NCBI GenBank assembly: GCA_951406725.2
Contig: OX597821.1
Span: 97,030,001 to 97,094,000, forward strand
Direction: 5' to 3'
Source of the DNA: Octopus vulgaris
Lineage: Eukaryota
Length of the DNA: 64,000 bases
Shown: positions 54,261 through 64,000 of the stretch, piece by piece
Numbering within the stretch: position 1 is the stretch's first letter
Layout of the letters: each line of letters begins with the position of its first letter
Notes under the pieces: generated by a model
What the model saw: only the letters and a program-made list of their open reading frames with translations
Database searches by the model: none
What the model was told of the DNA's origin: nothing
Position numbers and translations under genes: made by a program

Positions 54261-54275
54261 GGATAGATAGATAGA

Positions 54276-54601
54276 TATGTTTCTTTATTAGCCACACAGG
54301 GCTGCACACAGACAGGACAAAATTACAAGGTAGAGCTTTTCTTTTGGGGGTAAAAGAAGGGGGTTTGGTTTTCGATCAAAAGGGATCGTAAATGGAAAGA
54401 AAGAGGACAAAAAAGGGGGGGATAAAATAAAATTTTAAAAAAAGGGGGAGGTGAGGAAAAAAAAAAGAGAAAGGAAAAAAAATTGATCAATAGGGATCGT
54501 TATCACAGAAATGTCAATATGAAGTGTAAAGGGGAGGACAGGTGAGGTTTACCCGTGGAAAGAAAAGCCTACGGAAAAGACCACGGTAACCTCGGTCAAT
54601 G
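54276..54601 (-). mobile_element. Second, shorter copy of the same LINE 3' UTR within (GATA)n
   Basis: Diverged direct repeat of 53618-53925. Confidence 0.8.
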
Positions 54602-54681
<80 letters not shown>

Positions 54682-55014
54682 CATTTATATGTATACATAT
54701 ACGCATGAATGGATGTATTCATACGTGTGCACGTATGTATGAATACATATATATGTATATATGAATGTATGTATGTATATATATGTGTGTATGTGTGTGT
54801 GTATGTATATGTATACATATATGCATATATAGATGTATTCATGTATGCATGTATATATGCACGTATGTATGTATGTATATATGTCTGTCTGTATGTATGT
54901 ATGTATGTAAGTCTGTGTGTATATATATATATATATATACTTATGTGTGTGTGGATGGATGGATATACATATATATGTATGTATATGTACACGCACACAC
55001 ACATATATCTCATT

Positions 55015-55395
55015 TCTCTTTTTACTTGTTTCAGTCATTTTGACTGCGGCCATGCTGGTGCACCACATTAATCGAGCAACTCGACCCCGGGACTTATTCT
55101 TTGTAAGCCCAGTACTTATTCTATCGGTCTCTTTTGCCGAACCGCTAAGTTACGGGGACGTAAACACACCAGCATCGGTTGTTAAGCGATGTTGGAGGGA
55201 CAAACACAAAAACACACACATATATACATATATACGACGGTCTTCTTTCAGCTTCCGTTCACCAAATCCACTAACAAGGCTTTCGTCGGCCCGGTGCTAT
55301 AGTAGAAGACACTTGCCCAAGGTGCCACGAAGTTGGAATGAACCCGGAACCATGTGGTTGGTAAACAAGCTACTTACCACACAGCCACTCCTGCG

Positions 55396-55397
<2 letters not shown>
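55015..55397 (-). mobile_element. SINE family B
   Basis: Full-length reverse copy. Confidence 0.88.
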
Positions 55398-55468
<71 letters not shown>

Positions 55469-55788
55469 GCATATATAGATGTATCTATATATGCATATAT
55501 GAATGTATTCATATATATATATATATATAATATATATATATATATGTAGGAACATACATATATATATGTATAGATCGCTAGCTACTAAACCTTTTTCTAT
55601 TTTCTCTCCCTGTTTATTTCTGTGTTCCTTTCTCTGTCGAAGAGCGTAGGCTCGAAACGTAAAAGACTTTTTCACTAATGCGTCTGTTTGTTGTTTACAT
55701 ACCCCTCTTCGTCTTTTGTCTTTTTATAACTTCTCATTATATATATATACATACATACATACATACATACATACATACATACATACAT

Positions 55789-55891
<103 letters not shown>

Positions 55892-55956
55892 TATACATAT
55901 ATATATACATACATATATATATATAAATACACACACACACACACGCACACACACAT

Positions 55957-56116
55957 AATGAGAAAAGCTCAACAATTTGGGTTTTTTCTGGAGTTTTGTC
56001 TCGGCGAGGTAGTTTTTCCTCTTTCTCAAAGGCTGTCATTACTTTCGAGACAGTACTTCTTGATACACCAAACATTTCGGCTACTTTCGTTACGCTAGCG
56101 CCTGCCATACGAGCAT
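55957..56116 (-). mobile_element. Inverted fragment of the Tc1 transposase 5' region
   Basis: [32 protein letters not shown]; reverse complement of about 56598-56745. Confidence 0.8.
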
Positions 56117-56402
56117 ATATATAGGACAAGAACGCAAAACATCCAAACAGATGATGCAAAAAAGAAAAAAACAAGGACGGGTCATTCAGAGCTTTCTTTC
56201 CTCAGTCGAGTTCCAGATTATCTTTGTAATTTCGGCTGGTTATACTCGAGATTGCTCCAATCTGGCCAGCCCCAAGAAAAAACTAAGCTAAGAGCCTTAG
56301 ATTCCTTGGAAGAAAGCAGCGAGTGTATTCGAAAACAAGGATGGAAAAAAAAAACGGAGAAATAGTACACAAATACAAATGCAAATAACAGGACATTAAC
56401 AA

Positions 56403-57616
56403 CAGGGGTTGGACAAAATAATGGAAACACCTAGCATCATAGGATCATAATTTTGAAATACCTTCAAAAGCCTGTTTATTTTTATGTTTTTTGATTTATT
56501 ATTAGTGTTGCTTAATATGTTTTGCAAAAATTACAGTTTCTTTTCAGATATCATCGGAAAAAGATCTATCGGACTTTCAAAGAGGGCAAATTGTTGGTGC
56601 TCGTATGGCAGGCGCTAGCGTATCGAAAACAACCGAAATGTTTGGTGTATCAAGAAGTACTGTCTCGAAAGTAATGACAGCCTTTGAGAAAGAGGAAAAA
56701 ACACTTCGTCGAGACAAAACTCCGGAAGAAAACTAAAACTTTCAGATAAGCATCGTCGGACTCTTGAGCGAATTGTTAGAAAGTATCATAAAAGTATAGC
56801 GCCCAAAATTACTGCAGAGCTCAACGACCACCTCAAGAACACAGTTTCCACAAAAACTGTTTACCTGGAGCTGTACAAAGCCGGATGTCACGGGAGGGCT
56901 GCAATCAGAAAACCACTAATTTCAAAAATAATGGTTGCAAAGCGTTTAGAGTGGAGTAAAAACCTACAGAATTGGTCCCTAGAGCAGTGGAAGAATCTTA
57001 TTTTCTTGGAAAAGTCATTCTTTACCTTATTTCCAACCACCAGCCGAGTATACGTGTGGAGACAGCCAAAAGATGCATTTGACCCAGGCTGCCTTCTTTC
57101 AACTGTTCAACATGGAGGAAGATCTGTGATGATCTGGGGGGGCTATATCTTGGAAATCCGCCAGCCCAATGATTTCCCTTCATGGCAAAATTAATAGTCA
57201 CGACTATTTAAGCATTTTATCTGATCAAATTCATCCTATAGTTGCGGAACTGTTTCCGGAATGAAACGAAATCATTCAGGATGATAATGCACCAATTCGC
57301 ACAGCTAAAGTTGTTATTGAATGGCATGAGGAACGTTGAACATCTTATCTGACCACCACAGTCTCCAGATCTCAATATTATCAAACATTTATGGTGCATT
57401 TTAGAAAAACAAGTAAGGAGTCTATATCCACTACCATCATCACTACAAGAACTGGAGACTATTTTAGCTGAAGAATGGACAAAAATTCCCTTGGAAACAA
57501 TTCAAACTTTGTACGAGTCCATACCTCAAAGAATTCAAGCTGTAGTTACTGCCAAAGGCGGTCCAACCCCATATTAAAATAAATCTTAGGTGTTTCCATT
57601 ATTTTGTCAACCACTG
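56403..57616 (+). mobile_element. Tc1-family transposon with decayed transposase
   Basis: TIRs CAGGGGTTGGACAAAATAATGGAAACACCT and AGGTGTTTCCATTATTTTGTCAACCACTG|TA; peptides DLSDFQRGQIVGAR.., TVQHGGRSVMIWG, QDDNAP, PPQSPDLNIIKHLW, with stops and frameshifts. Confidence 0.92.
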
Positions 57617-57630
57617 TATTTACACACACA

Positions 57631-57732
<102 letters not shown>

Positions 57733-57772
57733 TATGTATGTATGCACGTATGTATACATGTATGTCTATCTA

Positions 57773-57844
<72 letters not shown>

Positions 57845-57845
<1 letters not shown>

Positions 57846-58062
57846 TCTTTTACTCTTTTACTTGTTTCAGTCATTTGTCTGCGGCCATGCTGGAGCACCG
57901 CCTTTAATCGAGCAACTCGACCCGGGACTTATTCTTTGTAAGCCCAGTACTTATTCTACCGGTCTCTTTGGCCGAACCGCTAAGTGACGGGGACATAAAC
58001 ACACCAGCATCGGTTGTCAAGCAATGCTAGGGGGACAAACACAGACACACAAACACACACGC

Positions 58063-58095
<33 letters not shown>

Positions 58096-58260
58096 TACGA
58101 CGGGCTTCTTTCAGTTTCCGTCTACCAAATCCTCTCACAAGGCTTTGGTCGGCCCGAGGCTATAGTAGAAGACACTTGCCCAAGGTGCCACGCAGTGGGA
58201 CTGAACCCGGAACCATGTGGCTGGTAATCAAGCTACTTACCACACAGCCACTCCTGCGCC
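57845..58260 (-). mobile_element. SINE family B
   Basis: Full-length reverse copy. Confidence 0.9.
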
Positions 58261-58440
58261 TATATTGCCACTCTTGCGCCTATATGGCCACTCCTGCACC
58301 TATATATATATATATTAAAATTAAAATAAGGGTGAAAAATTGAATATTAATTTGATAACATCAATTTATACACCAGTGGTGTAGCATATAAAAAAAAACT
58401 GAGATTCAGTAAATAGTATTACGTACATAAATATAAGACG

Positions 58441-59172
58441 GAATTTTACCACTATGTGGAAATCCTTATGCTAGAAGAAGATCCGCTATCGTCTTAACCA
58501 CTAAGAATTGTTCTCTAGAAAATTTAGCAAACACCAGAAACGTAAGTGAGCAAGACAAATGAAAAGTAACAAAAATATAGATTAATCATAAACAATTGTT
58601 TCACTATCAACAAATTACGTAATTTTACTTACATAATTTATCTGTAGATCTTCAGTATGATCGTCTACACAAATATAATTTGTAGACCTACACGCCAGAC
58701 ATCAACACGAGGTCGAAAATGCATGCAAATATCCAAGGCATTATTTTAATTTTAATTTTAAATGAATACGTTCTCAAACCAGCCAAGGCTACTGCAGTGA
58801 ATTATTTTATGCAGTATTATTTCCGGCAATTTAGCGCGCCTAAACGAAGACTTTTGAAAAGTAACTACAAATGTAATGGTTAGAACTGCATGCATTTTCG
58901 ACCTCGTGTTGATGTCTGGCGTGTAGTTCTACAAATTATATTTGTGTAGACGATCATACTGAAGATCTACAGATAAATTATGTAAGTGAAATTACGTAAT
59001 TTGTTGATAGTGAGACAATTGTTTATGATTAATCTATATTTTTGTTACTTTTCATTTGTCTTGCTCACTTACGTTTCGGTGTTTGCTAAATTTTCTAGAG
59101 AACAATCATTAATGGTTAAGACGATAGCGGATCTTCTTCTAGCATAAGGATTTCCACATAGTGGTAAAATTC
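58441..59172. repeat. Inverted repeat with arms of about 285 bp (PLE-like)
   Basis: 58441-58727 is the reverse complement of 58888-59172, with a few mismatches and a spacer of about 160 bp. Confidence 0.9.
58953..59008 (+). ncRNA. Type-I hammerhead-like motif
   Basis: ATCATA, CTGAAGA, t-cTACA..TGTAag-t, GAAA, TTACGTAA, T, T(cleave), TGT-t-GAT; palindromic stem III. Confidence 0.6.
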
Positions 59173-59294
59173 CCTCTTATATTTTTATATATATATATTT
59201 ATGTATATATATATATATATATAAAAACCTCACTTGGAGGAGAAGAAACGAAACGAAACGAATCGAATCGACGCGAGGGCGCTCGGTCATACAA

Positions 59295-60019
59295 TAGTGT
59301 AATAAATAAAATATATGCATACATACATACATATATGTACGTACCTACATCTACATGTATATATACATGCATATATAAATATATAAACGTGAGTACAGGA
59401 CACCACAAATAGACGTAGAACTCAACGAGAAACGAAATCGTAAAAACAAGCATGGAACGGACCTTTTTTTAACAACGAAAAAAACAGAGTGCAAGACAAA
59501 CTACACAAGGAAAAATCCCCTTCATCAGCTGTCCCTAGTTCAACTCCAGCGTGTTTCTAGGCCAAAATAAGGCCCTCATTGTTTGTTTTCTTGTTTGTTT
59601 TTATTTCTTGTACTGTATTTTTTTGTAATTGTATTTTTATTTTGTAATTTTATTTGTATTGTTTTTACGTCCTGTTTGTGTTACATTTTTTTCTTTCCTT
59701 GTTTTTACCCCTCTGTGAAGTAATTTTATTTAATTCTTTCACAGGAAGGGCTAGTTCGACGAGTCGTGTTCTGCCCTCACCTTCGAAACACGCTGGAGTT
59801 GAACTAGGGACAGCTGATGAAGGGGATTTTTCCTTGTGTAGTTTGTCTGGTACTCTGTTTTTTCGTTGTTAAAAAAAAGGTCCGTTTTCGTTTCTCGTTG
59901 AGTTCTACGTCTATTTGTGGTGTCCTGTACTCACGTATATATATTTATATATGCATGTATATATACATGTAGATGTAGGTACGTACATATATGTATGTAT
60001 GCATATATTTTATTTATTA

Positions 60020-60023
<4 letters not shown>
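59295..60023. repeat. Inverted repeat with arms of about 250 bp (PLE-like terminal family)
   Basis: 59295-59557 vs 59785-60023; related fragment at about 39240-39450. Confidence 0.85.
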
Positions 60024-60070
<47 letters not shown>

Positions 60071-60133
60071 CATACATATATGTATGTATTATGTATGTAT
60101 GTGCGATGGAAGTATGTTTGTGTTGTGTATATG

Positions 60134-60186
<53 letters not shown>

Positions 60187-60190
60187 GTAC

Positions 60191-60249
<59 letters not shown>

Positions 60250-60325
60250 CATATATACATACATATATATATATATAGATATGCATATATATATATGTAT
60301 ATGCATATATATATGTATATATTTA

Positions 60326-60368
<43 letters not shown>

Positions 60369-60544
60369 AGAGAGAGGGGTAGGGAAAGGAAGGCACGAAC
60401 ATGCGTACATACGTACACAGAAGCAAACGTAAACACATCAAACAACTGCTGAGATTCTTTTACGATTAGACCCACATTGACATTTACCCACGTAAACAAA
60501 CGTACGTACAATATAACCCCCACAAACACACACACATATACAGG

Positions 60545-61091
60545 CATACATACATACATACATACATACATACATACATACATACATACATACATACATA
60601 CATACATACATACATACATACATACACACATACATACATACATACATACATACATACATACATACATACACACACACACATACATACATACATACATTCA
60701 TACATACATACATACATACATACTTACATACATACACACACACATACATACATACATATATACATACATACATTCATACATACATACATACATACATACA
60801 CACATACATACATACATACATACATACATACATACATACACACACACACATACATACATACATTCATACATACATACATACACACACACATACATACATA
60901 CATACATACATACATACATACATACATACACACACATACACATACATACACACATACATACATACATACATACATACATACATACATACATACATTCATA
61001 CATACATACATACATACATACATACATACATACATACACACACACATACATACATACATACATACATACATACATACATACATACATACAT
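60545..61091. repeat. (CATA)n microsatellite
   Basis: Direct. Confidence 0.95.
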
Positions 61092-62629
61092 CATACACAC
61101 ACACGTACGCGCATAGAGATATGCGCACTCACACAAGCACGCTTGATGTACATACACATGCACGAGTTACACTCAAACACCGCACTCACTTCACATATGT
61201 ACACATCCTACTCTTTGACACACACATGCTTGTTCTTATATGCAGACAGTCTCACACACACACTTTATAGATTTCGTTCATAAACAAGATATTCTTTGTT
61301 TCGCATACTCTGTGGACACACGCACGCACGCACGCACGCTTAGATAAGTACGCGTTAATGCAACAGATCGCATACAAAAGCTCGCGGGAACATATGGATG
61401 CGCATGCACGGAGACACACCATCGCAGTTCACGTCGTAGCCACACTTACACACTAGACCTGAGACGCACGCACACCCGTGCATACGGGCACTCACTCACT
61501 CACTCACTCTCTCACTCACTCACTCACTCACTCACTTATACAGACGATACGATATTGTTTTATAAGCGTACAAGCCTGTTTATGCAAACTTACATATATG
61601 CGTACATGGATCCATATATAAATACGGCATTCACGCATATACACGTATGTGTGTAGTACATTCATACATAAATACAAATATACATGGATATGCACAAAAC
61701 AGCTAAGGACCAACACATACGCTAACATGCGTGCACCATACGCCCACGCATAGACACTTCCATTCATCCGTTTATAAATACATACATACATATGTGTATA
61801 TAGATAGATGCATACATACATACATACATACATACATACGTATATACACACACACATGCATTCATCCATGGACACTCACACACATACCTATACACATACG
61901 CCTATACACAAACAGCTACCGTGTTTCTCACGTAACTTAAATGTACAGGTTGTGTGTGTCAGAGTCACTTTTGCACACATATGCGCGTCTATTCCGTTTT
62001 GTATTTTACACATACACTGAAATAAAGATTCACACACACACACACACAGACACGCGCGCAATTCCCCTCAACCCCTCTCTCTCTCTCCACAAACTACCCC
62101 TAACATAAAACTATGCGTATTTACTTTTTTCAGGGCACACGCGCGCACACAAAAACTATAATTCATAATAAATCTAAACGGTTTTGAGTACACCTCTCTC
62201 TCTAACTGTAACCTCGCCATTACACGTTCTTTATATATCAACCTCTCACTTTCCCTCTCATCTATTCTCATAGTTTCTCTCTTTCTTATTCGCCTCTTTC
62301 TTAATCGAACACACAAACACAAACGCAATACGTACGCATACACAACACCTCACTATCTCTTTGTCTCTCTCTGTCTCTTTCTTGGTCTCTCTCTCTCTCT
62401 CTCTCTCGCTCTCTCACCCACACTCTTAGTCGCGCAGTGAATTTTCCCTCTTTCTCTCTTTCTCATTCTCTAACCGCCACTCTTACACACTCCACTATCT
62501 CTTTCGCTCACACACACATACATCCATATACACATACACACATCCTCTGTCTTCCTGAAATACACACTTTACTTTCATTATCTCTCTTGATTTCTTTCTT
62601 CCTCCTCCATACAGACACGCGACGCCCCT

Positions 62630-63205
62630 CCGTCTTTTTCTATCTCTCTTTCACACACGCGCAAGTGCAGTGTTTCTCCTCTCTTTCTTTCTCTCTCCCC
62701 CACTTACTCTCTTTATCTCTTTCTTACTTTTACACACTCACTTCATATTCTCTCTCTCTCTCTCTCTTTTTACTCTCAGTATCTTCTTTACTTTTTCTAT
62801 CTCTCTCACACACACACGCGCAAGTGCAGTGTTTCTCCTCTCTTTCTTTCTCTCTCCCCCACTTACTCTCTTTATCTTTCTTACTTTCACACACACTCAC
62901 TTCATATTCTCTCTCTCTCTCTCTCTTTTTTTACTCTCAGTATCTTCTTTACTTTTTCTATCTCTCTCACACACACGCGCAAGTGCAGTGTTTCTCCTCT
63001 CTTTCTTTCTCTCTCCCCCACTTACTCTCAGTATCTTCTTTACTTTTTCTATCTCTCTCACACACACGCGCAAGTGCAGCGTTTCTCCTCTCTTTCTTTC
63101 TCTCCCTCCCCTCACTTACTCTCTTCATCTCTTTCTTACTTTCACACACACTCACTCACTTCATATTCTCTCTCTCTCTCTCTTTTTACTCTCAGTATCT
63201 TCTGT
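62630..63205. repeat. CT-rich minisatellite, about 4 units of about 90-160 bp
   Basis: cacacgcgcaagtgcag(t/c)gtttctcctctc recurs at about 62653, 62813, 62972, 63063. Confidence 0.8.
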
Positions 63206-63332
63206 CGTCTGTCCATCCATCATACACTTTTCTTTACTTACTCCATCTTAATCTTACGACTACTCGCTTTCTCCATTTTAATCTTACCACCCTCTCCATA
63301 GACGCCAGCGCGCATATTCGTATCTACCTCTT

Positions 63333-63376
<44 letters not shown>

Positions 63377-64000
63377 TCTTACTCTCCCTCTCTCCTGTTT
63401 GTTCTTCAACTATCTCTCTCCATTTCACAAAAACACGCGCGCTCACACACACACACACACGCTTACATGCACATGGTTACACGCACACACACGCGCTATA
63501 ACACTCACATTCTCACACCGCTACCCACTCCTCGCTATACGCACGCGCACACTCACTCATTCACTCGTTCACTTCCTCCCCCCTCTCTCTCTCCCCTATT
63601 CCCTCCCCCTCTCTCTCACTCACTTGTTCACTCACTCAACGTCTAACAACACCACTGGAACAAGCTATGAGTCGCTCTTAAGTGAAGGCACTGACTCTAC
63701 AGGCACTCGAGTTGGAAGTCTTTTAACAGGAGACACACGAGTTTCGTGTGCGGAGAGCGCGCGCGCGCGTCTGTGAGTGTTTTGTGTGTATATATATATG
63801 TATGTACAAAGATATGTATATATACACTCATATTGATATATATGTATATATATAGTTACCTGTCTATTTATTATGCGTGCGGACAGAAGTATTGCGGTCA
63901 TCCAAACTACACACGGTAGTCAAATATATAAATATACTCTGTGAATCTTATGTGAACCACAAACAATAACTAAACAAAGAAAAAAAAAGAAAAAAAAAAA

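Noticed and set aside
55630-55665. Hammerhead at ctgtcgaagagcgtaggctcgaaacgta
   Set aside because: Stem II and GAAACGTA are present, but the core and stem I do not fit; at best a decayed remnant.

Overview
AT-rich, repeat-saturated eukaryotic DNA with no host protein-coding gene I can support. The SINE set and microsatellite load suggest a cephalopod (Octopus-like) genome; this is an inference. Most ORF-track entries are microsatellite read-throughs. The window holds four or five tRNA-derived SINE families, decayed LINEs (CR1, Tx1/L1-clade, Dong/R4), Tc1/mariner elements and MITEs, non-autonomous Helitrons, and Penelope-like (PLE) remnants. The stand-out is a near-perfect 359-bp tandem array (13085-14282, about 3.3 units) inserted in a (TA)n tract. 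Each complete unit folds by eye into a type-I hammerhead ribozyme on the + strand, nested inside stem III of a second hammerhead on the - strand. This points to a retrozyme or retroviroid-like element with interlocked ambisense ribozymes. At least four further hammerhead folds occur in PLE-like fragments with inverted or tandem architecture, and they share non-canonical core features (CCGAUGA core; U.U or A.G at the base of stem II). All folds were done manually and need computational and biochemical confirmation.
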